Shown piece by piece: positions 8,232 through 18,165 of a stretch of 64,000 nucleotides of DNA. The stretch covers positions 162,233 to 226,232 of the forward strand of contig CAJYYA010000012.1 of NCBI GenBank assembly GCA_913778905.1, given 5' to 3'. Within the stretch, counting starts at the first letter, position 1. Each line of letters starts with the position of its first letter. The position numbers and the translations under genes were made by a program. The notes under the pieces were generated by a model. That model worked only from the letters and a program-made list of their open reading frames with translations, ran no database searches and had not been told where the DNA came from. Origin of the DNA: an uncultured Naasia sp. Its GTDB lineage: Bacteria > Actinomycetota > Actinomycetes > Actinomycetales > Microbacteriaceae.

Positions 8232-8971
8232 CAGGCGGTGGGAGGCGCCGCGATGGCGCTCACCGTCGCCGACCCGTCGCCGGTGGGCAGCACTCGCCAC
8301 ACGTTCCCGGTGCCGACCACGCGGGCTCCGTCCTGACCACCGACGACGAGCGAGGTGCTTTCGTCGATCGCCACTCCGCCGTCGGCGATGCCGGCCGCGG
8401 CAGCAGCGACGAGGCGCCCGAGCGTTCCCCACTGGGCGGCGTGCACGTCGATGCTGAGGTCGACGAGCCCGATACCGGGTACCACGGTGACCTCGTCGAG
8501 TTCCTCGCTCGTCTCCTCCGGAGCGACCGCGACCCCGCCGATGCGCCACCCGCCGAGGATGGCCCGCTCCGCGGCGATCATCGCGCCGGCTGAGAACCCG
8601 AGGTAGGGCACCCCATCGCCGACGAGTTCGCGGATCCGCTCGAACAGCGGCGTCAGGCTCGCGTGATAAGCCGGGGTCAGTCCGCCGCCGACGAGGATGC
8701 CGTCGACGTCGTCGAGGATCGCGGGATCCGCCGGGTAGTTCTCGACGAGCACCGTGACGCGCTCGTCGAACTCGCCGCCGTGCGACGCCTCGGCGATGAG
8801 TCTCGCCGCGTGCTCGATCCCGTCGCCGTCCCGCACGACGATGACGGCGATGCGCGGGCGCCCGCCGTACCCGACCGCCTCGGCACGGGCCGCCGCGTCG
8901 ACGACGAAGGGAGCGAAGGCGGACTCGGAGCCCGCTTCGGTCCATCCGCCGCCGACGAGGTGGATGCTCAT
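8231..8971 (-). CDS. peptidase S51 / cyanophycinase-like (type 1 glutamine amidotransferase-like fold)
   Basis: GFSAGAM nucleophile-elbow motif and ILVGGG motif. Start [10 protein letters not shown] overlaps the upstream stop (ATGA). Confidence 0.65.
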   Translation of the reverse strand: MSIHLVGGGWTEAGSESAFAPFVVDAAARAEAVGYGGRPRIAVIVVRDGDGIEHAARLIAEASHGGEFDERVTVLVENYPADPAILDDVDGILVGGGLTPAYHASLTPLFERIRELVGDGVPYLGFSAGAMIAAERAILGGWRIGGVAVAPEETSEELDEVTVVPGIGLVDLSIDVHAAQWGTLGRLVAAAAAGIADGGVAIDESTSLVVGGQDGARVVGTGNVWRVLPTGDGSATVSAIAAPPTA

Positions 8972-9603
8972 GAGTGGGCTGCCGTGCCGTCGGCGATGGT
9001 GGCGCGCTTCGGCACCGGAGGGAGGGCCGACCAGGGGAAGACGATCCACTTGTCGGTGTCTTTCCACGAGAAGTCGGGGATGAAGATGGTCTGAGGCTTC
9101 GTGTACAGGCAGACGCTGCGCACCTCGGCTCCCATGTTCTGCAGGATCTCCACCGCGAGCTTGAGGGTCTGCCCCGACTGGGACACGTCGTCGACGAGCA
9201 GCACCCGCTTGCCCGCAAGTGCCTCGCCGTCGAGGAAGGGCGGAAGGACGAGGGGCTCGGGCAGGGTCTCGTCGACGCCCGTGTAGAGCTCGACGTTGAT
9301 GCTGCCGCAGGTCTTCACACCGAGCGCGTAGGCGACGGCGCCGCCGACGATGAGGCCACCGCGAGCGATCGCCACGACGACCTCGGCGTCGAAGCCGCTG
9401 TCCGCCACGGCGTGGCCGAGGGCACGAGCAGCATCGCCGAACTCGGCCCAGCCGAGGCGTTCCTTGTCGTCTCGGAGCTCGCCCCGCGCGGCGGGTGAGT
9501 CGTCGATCTGCTCCGCAGCGGCTCGAGCGTTCGTGAGAGCGGTGTCGTCACCCGCTCCCGGCACGGTCGTCTCGGACTGGTTCTCGGGCGCTTCGGTCGG
9601 CAT
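8968..9603 (-). CDS. phosphoribosyltransferase (purine PRT-like)
   Basis: PRPP-binding loop [14 protein letters not shown]; 211 aa. Confidence 0.8.
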   Translation of the reverse strand: MPTEAPENQSETTVPGAGDDTALTNARAAAEQIDDSPAARGELRDDKERLGWAEFGDAARALGHAVADSGFDAEVVVAIARGGLIVGGAVAYALGVKTCGSINVELYTGVDETLPEPLVLPPFLDGEALAGKRVLLVDDVSQSGQTLKLAVEILQNMGAEVRSVCLYTKPQTIFIPDFSWKDTDKWIVFPWSALPPVPKRATIADGTAAHS

Positions 9604-9656
9604 CCGACCACGCTACCCGTTCTGCCGCTCGCCCCACCCGAGGTCGCGCTCGCTGC

Positions 9657-9761
9657 TCTCGACACGCTCCGCTATTCGACGTCCAGAACCTCCGGAGGTC
9701 GAGTAGGGGCCGCGAAGCGCCCCGTACCGAGACCGGCCGAGTAGCGAAGCGTATCGAGGCC
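9657..9761. repeat. family A intergenic repeat (partial, palindromic)
   Basis: GACACGCTCCGCTATTCGAC..CCGGAGGTCGAGTAGGGGCCGCGAAGCGCCCCGTACCGAGACCGGCCGAGTAGCGAAGCGTATCGAGGCC. Confidence 0.85.
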
Positions 9762-9826
9762 CGCCGGACCGCCTCGGTCGAGGAAGATCCGGCGGGCCCC
9801 GACCGGCATGAGCGGCCGCGTCGAGG

Positions 9827-11452
9827 TCAGTCCTCCAGGCGGGCGTCGGCGAGGGCGCGGCGTCGGGCGAGGACGACCGCCGCGGCTCCCGCGATCATGA
9901 GCAGACCCGCGGAGGCGAGGAACGGTGTGGCATCCGCACCCGTCGCGGCGAGCTGACCGGCCGGCGTCGCGCCGGGAGCGACAGGCTCGCTCGGCTGGGC
10001 GGCACCGAATCCGTTGATCGCGGAGGTGTCGTTCGCCAGCGACGCGGTGGCGAAGGCGATGGCCTTGAGCATGATGCCCAGACCCTGCTCGTTGATGCGA
10101 TCGAGGGTGTCCCGATCGGTGTGGTAGTTCGGGTCGTACTGCTCGCCCTCTTCGCCACCGAACAGCGCGACCTCCTCCGCGGTCTTCTCACCGTCGGCCC
10201 CCGTGAACAGCCCCGAAGCGGGGATCCCGTTGAGAATGAAGGCCTCGTAGTCGCTGCGTCCGTCGAACTCGGTGTCGACGTAGGGCTGACCGATCGAGTC
10301 GAAGTAGTCGGTGAACACGTCCTCCGTCTGCACGGAACCCTCGGGGACGTCGACCGGAGCTTCGAACGTCGACTGATCAGCGTCGTAGACCGAGATCACA
10401 TAGTTCGGCGAACCGACCATGTCGAAGTTGAGGTAGGTCGCGATGCGATCCAGTTCGGCCGGGTCATTCGCCACGAGATCGTCGACGTAGTGCGCGGAGC
10501 CCAGGAGTCCGATCTCCTCGGCACCCCACCAGGCGAACCGCACCTTGTTGTTCAGGTCGCCGGACTGAGCCAGCTGCACGGCGGTCTCGAGAATCGCTGC
10601 GGAACCGCTGCCGTTGTCGTTGATGCCGGGGCCCTCGGGGACGCTGTCGAGGTGAGCGCCGAGCATGACGACGTTGTCGGGGGTACCGGTCGAGGTCTCG
10701 GCGACGATGTTGAAGGTAGGAACGTTCACGAGAGTGGTCTGATCGATCGCGAGCGTTGCCTCGAGCGTCGGGTCTTTCTCGAGCTGCGCGAGGGCCGCTT
10801 CACCCCTCGCCTTCGTGATGCCGAAGCCCGGGATGAAGTCGGGATCGGGGGCGCCCAATGTACCTGCCAAGTTTCCGTCGACGTTGTTGTAGATCACGAT
10901 GCCTGCGGCACCGGCCTCCGAGGCGGCGAGGTTCTTCTCCGCGAAGGAGCAGACGCCGCGTTGCACCAGGGCGATCTTCCCGGTCGCGTCGACGCCGCTC
11001 CAGGCCGCGGAATCGCAGCCCAGGAGTTCGACGGGGGCCACCAGCTGAGCAGTAGCTCCCGTGGTCGGAGTCGTTGAGGGGGTGTAGGTGAGCGCGCGCG
11101 CATCCGGCTCGGCGATCGCTATCCCATCGATGGAGAGACTGTCCGACGTGATCCTCTGCGTCGTGACCTCGAAGTACTGCCGCTCCGGCGTGTACCCCGC
11201 TTCCGTCAGAACGGACTCGATGTAGGCCGCACCCGCCTCATACCCGGGAGTGCCTACCGCACGGTTTCCGCCGTTCGCGGCCGCGATGGTCTGCAGGCGT
11301 TCGAGGTGCTCGGCGACCGCGTCGACCGTGACCGTGTCGGCGAAGCCGATCGGGTCGATCGGAGCCGCGACGGCGGTTCCGGCCGGCGCCAAAGCCAGTA
11401 ATCCTGCGCCGATACCGGCCATCAGGGTGGGCAGGGGGGCTCTACGGGGCAT
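9827..11452 (-). CDS. M28 family aminopeptidase with PA domain, signal peptide and LAxTG cell-wall sorting signal
   Basis: The ATG at 11452 is preceded by GAGGAGG. Signal-like MPRRAPLPTLMAGIGAGLLALAPAGTAVA; metal ligands in HLDSV..NDNGSG..EE; C-terminal LAATG followed by a hydrophobic stretch and RRR. Confidence 0.85.
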   Translation of the reverse strand: MPRRAPLPTLMAGIGAGLLALAPAGTAVAAPIDPIGFADTVTVDAVAEHLERLQTIAAANGGNRAVGTPGYEAGAAYIESVLTEAGYTPERQYFEVTTQRITSDSLSIDGIAIAEPDARALTYTPSTTPTTGATAQLVAPVELLGCDSAAWSGVDATGKIALVQRGVCSFAEKNLAASEAGAAGIVIYNNVDGNLAGTLGAPDPDFIPGFGITKARGEAALAQLEKDPTLEATLAIDQTTLVNVPTFNIVAETSTGTPDNVVMLGAHLDSVPEGPGINDNGSGSAAILETAVQLAQSGDLNNKVRFAWWGAEEIGLLGSAHYVDDLVANDPAELDRIATYLNFDMVGSPNYVISVYDADQSTFEAPVDVPEGSVQTEDVFTDYFDSIGQPYVDTEFDGRSDYEAFILNGIPASGLFTGADGEKTAEEVALFGGEEGEQYDPNYHTDRDTLDRINEQGLGIMLKAIAFATASLANDTSAINGFGAAQPSEPVAPGATPAGQLAATGADATPFLASAGLLMIAGAAAVVLARRRALADARLED

Positions 11453-11633
11453 GGATGCCTCCTCGACGAGACGGCCGGCGACGGGTGCGTCGTCCGACCT
11501 GCTGAGGCCGCCTGCGATACGAGTCAACGGCGACCGGGATCTCCTCGACGCTAAGCGCGCGACTGCGGACACGCAAGGATTCGCTCGGAATCCTGTACCC
11601 CGAAACAAGGAATTTACATTCCCTCGCTTTCGG

Positions 11634-12470
11634 TCAGGACGAGGTGCGGCGCTCCGCCAGGCGCTCTTCGAGGCGCTCGATCTCAGCACGAAGCGAGGCC
11701 AATTCCCCCGTCGCCTTGCGGTCGCGAACGGGCGGCGCGGTGTGCCCTCTCTGGATCACTTCGATGAACCAGGTGCTGAAGCTCGCCGTGACGACGGCGA
11801 AGAGGAGAACGCCGCAGACCATGAGCGCCACGGCGATGATCCGACCGGGGATGGTGACGGGCACGACGTCGCCATAGCCCACTGTCGTGACGGTGGTGCA
11901 GGCCCACCAGATCGCCTGGCCGAAGTCGGTGATCTGCGAGCCCGGCGCGGCACGCTCGACGTCGAGGACGGCGACCGAGGCGGCGAACACCACGAGCGCC
12001 GTGCCACCGGCGACATAGAGTCCCGCCCGGCTGCGCAGTCGGGTGCCCGCGTGCCGATCCAATACGACGAACACGGTCAGCAGGCGGAGGAGGGCCAGCG
12101 GGCGCAGGAGCGGAACCACGATGAACATGAGGTCGAGCCAGTGGCCGAGTATGAAACGCCACTTCTTCGGGACGAGGAGGAAACGCACTCCGTAGTCGAT
12201 GACGAAGAGCCCCCACGTGCCCCATACCGTCCACCGGCAGAGCTGGTGGATCGCGTCGGGGAGGTCGAGGCGCAGAATCGGCAGCGAATAGCCGAGCATG
12301 AAGAGCAGCGCGGCGACGAGCAACGGCCAGCCGGTCCACTCGACCCAGCGCTCGTAGGCGGGCGAGGTGTTCGTCTCCACCACCTTGTCGAGCGCGTCGG
12401 CCGTCGAGTCGAGCACCGACTCGGGCTCGCCCGGCGTGATCTGGTCGGCCCCCGCGACTCTTCTCCCCAC
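11634..12470 (-). CDS. voltage-gated-type potassium channel
   Basis: Selectivity filter TTVGYGD, an S4-like Arg-rich helix (RPLALLRLLTVF) and a C-terminal coiled coil. The start is uncertain: GTG at 12470 or GTG at 12416. Confidence 0.75.
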   Translation of the reverse strand: MGRRVAGADQITPGEPESVLDSTADALDKVVETNTSPAYERWVEWTGWPLLVAALLFMLGYSLPILRLDLPDAIHQLCRWTVWGTWGLFVIDYGVRFLLVPKKWRFILGHWLDLMFIVVPLLRPLALLRLLTVFVVLDRHAGTRLRSRAGLYVAGGTALVVFAASVAVLDVERAAPGSQITDFGQAIWWACTTVTTVGYGDVVPVTIPGRIIAVALMVCGVLLFAVVTASFSTWFIEVIQRGHTAPPVRDRKATGELASLRAEIERLEERLAERRTSS

Positions 12471-12481
12471 GGGGCCCCAAC

Positions 12482-13267
12482 CTAGGGTGTGTGCTCTCCC
12501 CGCACCTTCAACGGCTCGCGGATGACTTTGAACTGCACGGGCTGCGCCACAGGTCGTACCGTGACGTGATCGAGGTTGACGTGCAACGGCAGGTCGAGCG
12601 AGAACCCGACCACCTCGGCCACGTCGGATGCGGTCAGCGGGTTCTCGACACCCTTGTAGACGGAGGCCGCACGATCCGCGTCGCCGCCGAATCGGTTGAG
12701 GGAGAACTCCTCCGTCTCGACCATGCCCGGCGCGATCTCGACCACCCGGATCGGCTCCCCCGCCAGCTCCAGGCGGAGCACCTTGGCGACGCTCGTCTCC
12801 GCGGCCTTGGCGGCGTTGTACCCGGCCCCTCCCTCGTACGCCTCGGCCGACGCGATCGAGGTGATGAAGACGATGCTGGATCCGCCGTTCGAGCGGGCCC
12901 CCTCGCGCAGCAGCGGCAGCAGAGCCGCAGTCACGCGCTGGGGGGCGATCACGTTCGCTTCGAACATCCAGCGCCAGGCGTCGACGTCGGCGTTCGCGAC
13001 GGGCTCGAGCCCGCGAGCGCCGCCCGCATTGTTGACGAGCGCGTCGATGCCTCCGCTCTCGGCGAGATGCGCGCGGAGGGCCTCGACGTCCGTATCGGAC
13101 GTGAGGTCGGCGACGAAGTACTCGGCTCCTGTCTCGGAGGCGAGGGCTTGCAGACGGTCTTCGCGTCGGGCGACCCCGGTGACCCGCCATCCGCTCGCGC
13201 GAAGGCGGGCGGCGATGGCCCAGCCGATCCCGGTGCTGGCTCCTGTGACGACTGCATGCTTGGTCAT
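12482..13267 (-). CDS. SDR family oxidoreductase
   Basis: VVTGASTGIG, NNAG and YNAAKAA (YxxxK) motifs. ATG at 13267. Confidence 0.85.
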   Translation of the reverse strand: MTKHAVVTGASTGIGWAIAARLRASGWRVTGVARREDRLQALASETGAEYFVADLTSDTDVEALRAHLAESGGIDALVNNAGGARGLEPVANADVDAWRWMFEANVIAPQRVTAALLPLLREGARSNGGSSIVFITSIASAEAYEGGAGYNAAKAAETSVAKVLRLELAGEPIRVVEIAPGMVETEEFSLNRFGGDADRAASVYKGVENPLTASDVAEVVGFSLDLPLHVNLDHVTVRPVAQPVQFKVIREPLKVRGEHTP

Positions 13268-13372
13268 GGGCTTCACCGTATAGACGGATCGCTGGAGATC
13301 CCCGGCGACGAACGTTACGCGTGGTGACGACGCCCGTTGCCTCCATCCGACACCCGTCCATAGGCTCGCCGC

Positions 13373-14689
13373 ATGACTCACTCCGAATGGCGCTTCGAGA
13401 CCCAGCAGATCCACGCCGGAGCCTCGCCCGACCCGGTCACCAACGCCCGGGCCACTCCCATCTACAAGACGACCTCATACGTCTTCAACAGCGCGCAGCA
13501 CGCGAAGAACCTGTTCGCGCTGGCCGAGTTCGGCAACATCTACAACCGCATTCAGAACCCCACTCAGGCCGTCGTCGAGGACCGCCTCGCGGCGCTGGAG
13601 GGCGGCACGGCAGGCCTGCTGCTCGCGTCGGGCCAGGCGGCCGAGACCTATGCGATCCTCAACATCGCGCATGCCGGCGATCACATCGTGTCGTCGAGCT
13701 CGATCTACGGCGGCACCTACAACCTCTTCAAGTACACGCTCGCGAAGCTCGGCATCGAGACCACCTTCGTGGAGAACCAGGACGACCCCGAGGAGTGGCG
13801 CCGCGCCGTCCGCCCGAACACCAAGCTGTTCTTCGGCGAGACCATCGGCAACCCGCGCATCAACATCCTCGACATCGAGTCGGTCGCGGCCGTCGCACAC
13901 GCCGCGGGCGTTCCGCTCATCGTCGACAACACGATCGCGACGCCGTACCTGATCCGCCCGCTCGAGCACGGCGCCGACATCGTCGTCCACTCGGCGACCA
14001 AGTTCCTCGGCGGCCACGGCATCGTCGTCGCCGGCGCGATCGTCGACGGCGGCAAGTTCAAGTGGAGCGAGAACTCGGAGAAGTTCCCGGGCCTCACCAC
14101 TCCCGACCCGAGCTATCACGGCGCGGTCTACACCGACGCGGTGGGCGACGGGATCGCCTACATCATCAAGGCGCGCGTGCAGCTTCTGCGCGACCTCGGC
14201 GCCTCGATCTCGCCCGACAGCGCGTTCTCGCTCATCCAGGGCATCGAGACCCTCAGCCTCCGCATCGAGCGCCACGTGCAGAACGCCGAGGACATCGCGC
14301 TCTGGCTCGAGAACCACCCGGACGTGGCGAGCGTCAACTACGCGGGTCTCCAGTCGAGCCCCTGGTACAAGGCGGGCCAGAAGTACGCGCCCCGGGGCGC
14401 CGGCGCGATCATCTCCTTCGAGCTGAAGGGCGGTGTCGACGCGGGCGCGAAGTTCGTGGAGAGCCTCGAGCTGTTCAGCCATCTCGCCAACATCGGCGAT
14501 GTGCGCTCGCTCGTGATCCACCCGGCCTCGACGACGCACTCCCAGTTGACCCCCGAGCAGCAGCTCACGACGGGTGTCACGCCCGGCCTGGTGCGCCTCT
14601 CGATCGGACTCGAGAACGTCGAGGATCTCAAAGCCGACCTCGAGGCCGGTCTCCGCGCCGCCCGCGAGTTCAGCTCCCAGGCGGTCTGA
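13373..14689 (+). CDS. metY: O-acetylhomoserine aminocarboxypropyltransferase (sulfhydrylase)
   Basis: 438 aa. PLP-lysine motif HSATKFLGGHG. End-to-end resemblance to MetY/Cys-Met PLP enzymes, and it is followed by metX. Confidence 0.9.
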   Translation: MTHSEWRFETQQIHAGASPDPVTNARATPIYKTTSYVFNSAQHAKNLFALAEFGNIYNRIQNPTQAVVEDRLAALEGGTAGLLLASGQAAETYAILNIAHAGDHIVSSSSIYGGTYNLFKYTLAKLGIETTFVENQDDPEEWRRAVRPNTKLFFGETIGNPRINILDIESVAAVAHAAGVPLIVDNTIATPYLIRPLEHGADIVVHSATKFLGGHGIVVAGAIVDGGKFKWSENSEKFPGLTTPDPSYHGAVYTDAVGDGIAYIIKARVQLLRDLGASISPDSAFSLIQGIETLSLRIERHVQNAEDIALWLENHPDVASVNYAGLQSSPWYKAGQKYAPRGAGAIISFELKGGVDAGAKFVESLELFSHLANIGDVRSLVIHPASTTHSQLTPEQQLTTGVTPGLVRLSIGLENVEDLKADLEAGLRAAREFSSQAV

Positions 14690-14711
14690 CAGCGTCACAT
14701 CGTCCACGCTG

Positions 14712-14740
14712 GGCCCTGCATCCGAGCCGGATGCGGGGCC
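14712..14740 (+). terminator. hairpin between metY and metX (possible partial terminator)
   Basis: GGCCCTGCATCCG-AGC-CGGATGCGGGGCC gives a 13-bp stem with one G-U pair, 22 nt after the metY stop, followed by TTGCGCGTCTTG. Confidence 0.45.
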
Positions 14741-14814
14741 TTGCGCGTCTTGAGCCAGCGGCCGCCGTAACACTCGCCCGGCAGCGCCCGGGCTTCGCGA
14801 TACTGAGGACCACC

Positions 14815-16020
14815 ATGGATTGGCAGACCCCCGAAGATGCGATCCCGTCGGCCTTCGTCACGGAGGCCGATCAACGAGCCCTGCTCGGCAAGCCTCCGGC
14901 CACGGGTGCCTGGCGCGAGGGCGACCCCGTGGCCGGTCGCCGTTTCCTCGACGTCGGCGACCTGACACTCGAGCACGGATCCGTCCTACCCGGCGTGCGG
15001 GTGGCCTACGAGACGTTCGGCACGCTCTCCCCCGCTCGTGACAACGCGATCCTCGTCCTGCACGCCCTCACCGGCGATGCGCACCTCACGGGGGACGCCG
15101 GCCCGGGCCAGCCCACGGCGGGCTGGTGGTCCGGCATCGTCGGACCGGGCCGCGCGCTCGACACGGACCGCTGGTTCGTCGTGGCCCCGAACATCCTCGG
15201 CGGCTGCCAGGGCACGACCGGACCCGCGTCGCTCGCTCCGGACCGGCGGGAGTGGGGCTCCCGCTTCCCCCGGGTGACCATCACCGATCAGGTCGCAGCC
15301 CAGCTCGCCTTCACCGACCGGCTCGGCATCGAGAGGTGGGCCGCGGTGGTGGGCGGCTCCATGGGCGGCATGCACGCACTCGAATGGGGAGTCGCCCACG
15401 GAGATCGGCTGAACAGGTTGGCGGTCCTGGCCGCGCCCGCCATCGCGAGCGCCGATCAGATCGCGCTCAACGGCGTGCAGACCGAGGCGATCCACATCGA
15501 CCCGCGCTTCCGCGGCGGCGATTACTACGACGCGGCGCCGGGCGACGGCCCCCACCGAGGGTTAGCCCTCGCGCGGCGGATGGCGCTCCTCAACTACCGC
15601 TCCCCCGATGAGCTGAACGCGCGGTTCGCCAGGTCGTGGCAAAGCGGCCTCGACCCTCTGTCCGGGGCCGGACGGTTCGCCGTGGAGTCCTACCTCGACT
15701 TCCACGGAAACAAATTCACTCGACGTTTCGATGCCAACAGCTACCTTCGCCTTGTCGACGCCATGAGCTCGCATGACCTCGGCCGGGGGCGGTCGAGTCT
15801 CGACGACGCGCTGGGCGCGATCTCGGTTCCGACTCTCGTGCTCGGCATCGACAGCGACCGCCTCTTTCCCGTCGAGGATCAGGAGAGGATCGCCCGACTC
15901 GCACCCGGGAACATCGATGGCGATTCGCCGGTGGTCATCCGTTCGGAGTTCGGACACGACGGCTTCCTCATCGAAGACCACGCCGTGGGCGCTCACCTTC
16001 GTCGACTCCTCGACGCTTGA
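14815..16020 (+). CDS. metX: homoserine O-acetyltransferase
   Basis: The ATG at 14815 is preceded by GAGGA. Alpha/beta-hydrolase nucleophile GGSMGGM; 401 aa. The rest of ORF 13321..16020 is out-of-frame overlap with metY. Confidence 0.9.
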   Translation: MDWQTPEDAIPSAFVTEADQRALLGKPPATGAWREGDPVAGRRFLDVGDLTLEHGSVLPGVRVAYETFGTLSPARDNAILVLHALTGDAHLTGDAGPGQPTAGWWSGIVGPGRALDTDRWFVVAPNILGGCQGTTGPASLAPDRREWGSRFPRVTITDQVAAQLAFTDRLGIERWAAVVGGSMGGMHALEWGVAHGDRLNRLAVLAAPAIASADQIALNGVQTEAIHIDPRFRGGDYYDAAPGDGPHRGLALARRMALLNYRSPDELNARFARSWQSGLDPLSGAGRFAVESYLDFHGNKFTRRFDANSYLRLVDAMSSHDLGRGRSSLDDALGAISVPTLVLGIDSDRLFPVEDQERIARLAPGNIDGDSPVVIRSEFGHDGFLIEDHAVGAHLRRLLDA

Positions 16021-16046
16021 GATGCGCCCCAGACAGGGGGCGCATC
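16021..16046 (+). terminator. stem-loop directly after the metX stop
   Basis: GATGCGCCCC-AGACAG-GGGGCGCATC gives a 10-bp perfect stem. No U-tract. Confidence 0.5.
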
Positions 16047-16153
16047 ACGCCAACATGCGCATGAGAGGTAGGCAGCGACCGGCGGGTGGGCGTCTAATGA
16101 TCTATCCACAGATGTGCGATGTAAAAACCTCAGTTTCGCTACGGTAGTGAGCC

Positions 16154-16825
16154 ATGCACAGACCCGATCCCTCCCGGCTGGATGTCGAACCGGTCCGCGT
16201 AGCCGTCATCGACGACCACGTCATGGTCGCCGAAGGGATCACCGCCCGCCTCGCCGGTGCGTCGCCGGCACTCGAGGTCGTGGCGACGGTGAGCAGCTGG
16301 GCCGAGTTCATCGCTCACCCCGAGTACCCCGTCGATGTGGTCGTCCTCGACCTCAATCTCGAGGACAGCATCCCCGTCTCGACCAAGCTCCGCGCGCTGG
16401 CCACCACGGGATCCCGAACCGTCGTCATCAGCCGGCATGCCGACGCCGGCAGCATCCACGGCGCCATCACGTCCGGTGCAGCGGCATTCCTCTCGAAGCA
16501 GGATTCGGCGGACGCACTCGTCGCGAGCGTGCTCGCCGCGGCCGAGGGCACGGTCGAGCACAGCACCTTCGTCGAGAAGGCGCTCGCCGAATTCGCCAAC
16601 GCGGAGGATCCAAAGCTCGGCCGGCAGGAGCACCGCGCACTCGTCCTCTATGCCGCGGGCCGGTCCATCAAGGAGGTGGCCGCCGACATGACGACCACCG
16701 AAGAGACCATCAAGTCCTACATCAAGCGGGCCCGCCGCAAGTATCGCGCCATCGGCGTCGACCTCGGCACTCGGAACCTGCTTCGCCGTTACGCGATCCG
16801 CGAGGGCTGGATCACTCCCGAGTGA
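16154..16825 (+). CDS. NarL/LuxR-family response regulator (RR1)
   Basis: Receiver domain (VAVIDDH, VVVLDLNLED) plus a C-terminal LuxR HTH (EHRALVLYAAGRSIKEVAADMTTTEETIKSYIKRA). Confidence 0.85.
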   Translation: MHRPDPSRLDVEPVRVAVIDDHVMVAEGITARLAGASPALEVVATVSSWAEFIAHPEYPVDVVVLDLNLEDSIPVSTKLRALATTGSRTVVISRHADAGSIHGAITSGAAAFLSKQDSADALVASVLAAAEGTVEHSTFVEKALAEFANAEDPKLGRQEHRALVLYAAGRSIKEVAADMTTTEETIKSYIKRARRKYRAIGVDLGTRNLLRRYAIREGWITPE

Positions 16826-16959
16826 CCCTCTGAGAGGGTTTCTCCGCGACGCGCCGAAAGAATATCGGCGCGCAACCCCCATTTCGGGGCACGGAGATGT
16901 CACGATGTCCCTCGTCGCAAACCATCAGGGGGATGGGCGACGGGGGCAGAGAACACACG

Positions 16960-18165
16960 ATGGAACGCATTGTCAGCGAGCGCGACCGACTCCTCAGGAG
17001 GAGCGCGCGCACCATCGGCCTGACCGGCACCGGCGTCGCACTGCTGTGCCTCGTGCTCCCGGGGTCGATGAGCTACGCCGACCTCGTACTCACCCTCCCG
17101 TTCTTCGCTCTCCTCGTCGCCGCGCTCCTGCGTCTCGGCTCCAGCGGCGCTCTCGCCTGGAGCGTCTTGGCCGCGGTCGCCGGCACCGGCATCGTCCTGG
17201 TCATCCACCTGTCGACGACCGGCGCCCTCTCGCCATTGACCGGCGTCGCGGCGAGCCCCACCGGAATCAGCTGGGGAGCCGAGACGGCTGTGCGATTCGT
17301 GTCCGGCTGGGCTGTCCCCGCGGTCGCCCTGGTCCTCATGACCTCACTCGGGCGCATGATCCTCCTCGCCGGCGCCTTCGTCGTCACGATCGGTGCGGCG
17401 GTGGTGGCGTCGCTCGGTGCCGCGGGTGGGATCGTGACGATCGCCTGCGCGGTGGGCGGCTGGGCGGTCACCATGGTCGTCGGCTCGCTCCTGAGCGCCG
17501 GCGTGGTCCGGGCTGCCCGCCGCATCTCGAACATCGGCCGCGCGCATCGCGCGGAACGCCAAGCCAGCGAGACGGAGGCGCAGCGCCGTCAGGGCGCCCG
17601 TCTGCTCCACGACACGGTCCTCGCGAGTCTCACCCTCCTCGCGCATCAGGGTGTCGGCGTCTCGGCCGACGCGCTCGTCCAGCAGGCCGGTGACGACGCC
17701 CGGCTGCTGCGACAGCTCCGCCTCGGCACGGCGCCCCTGCCCGCGGCGGCGAGCGAGTACAACCTCAAGACCCCGGTCGAGGAGTCGACGCTCGGAAACA
17801 CCCTCGAGGCCGTGAAGCAGCGTTTCGGTCGTATGGGCCTCACCGTCAGCTGGCACGGAACGGGCCAGGTCCTGCTGCCGGTGCATACGCTCGACGCATT
17901 CCTCGGCTCACTCGCCGAGTGCCTCGAGAACGTACGACGTCACGCGGGCGTCGAAGAGGCCCACGTCACCATCACCGATGACGACACGTCGATCCGTGCC
18001 ATGGTCACCGACCAGGGTGTGGGCTTCGACCTCGACGCAATCGAAGAGGGCCGCCTCGGCTTCAAGGAGTCCGTCGTCGCCCGCCTCCGCGAGGTCGGCG
18101 GCAATGCCCGAGTCTTCTCGGCTCCCGGCTCCGGCACGACGGTCGTCCTGGAGGTGCCCCGATGA
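16960..18165 (+). CDS. sensor histidine kinase (HisKA_3-type) with polytopic N-terminal membrane domain
   Basis: H-box ARLLHDTVLASL, N-box ECLENVRRHA, G1 DQGVGF, G2 GSGT, and about six hydrophobic helices. The start is uncertain (ATG 16960; the ORF opens at 16897). Confidence 0.8.
   Translation: MERIVSERDRLLRRSARTIGLTGTGVALLCLVLPGSMSYADLVLTLPFFALLVAALLRLGSSGALAWSVLAAVAGTGIVLVIHLSTTGALSPLTGVAASPTGISWGAETAVRFVSGWAVPAVALVLMTSLGRMILLAGAFVVTIGAAVVASLGAAGGIVTIACAVGGWAVTMVVGSLLSAGVVRAARRISNIGRAHRAERQASETEAQRRQGARLLHDTVLASLTLLAHQGVGVSADALVQQAGDDARLLRQLRLGTAPLPAAASEYNLKTPVEESTLGNTLEAVKQRFGRMGLTVSWHGTGQVLLPVHTLDAFLGSLAECLENVRRHAGVEEAHVTITDDDTSIRAMVTDQGVGFDLDAIEEGRLGFKESVVARLREVGGNARVFSAPGSGTTVVLEVPR

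Noticed and set aside
7503-9218. 571-aa ORF suggesting a giant protein ending in uracil-DNA glycosylase
   Set aside because: Only the last 242 codons are UDG-like. The upstream part is Arg/Pro/Gly junk that overlaps, in another frame, two well-supported genes (S51-like peptidase, phosphoribosyltransferase) linked by ATGA overlaps.
13321-16020. 899-aa ORF spanning metY and metX
   Set aside because: The first ~500 codons are an out-of-frame read through metY with Arg/Pro/His-rich composition. Only the part from the ATG at 14815, which has an RBS, is the metX protein.
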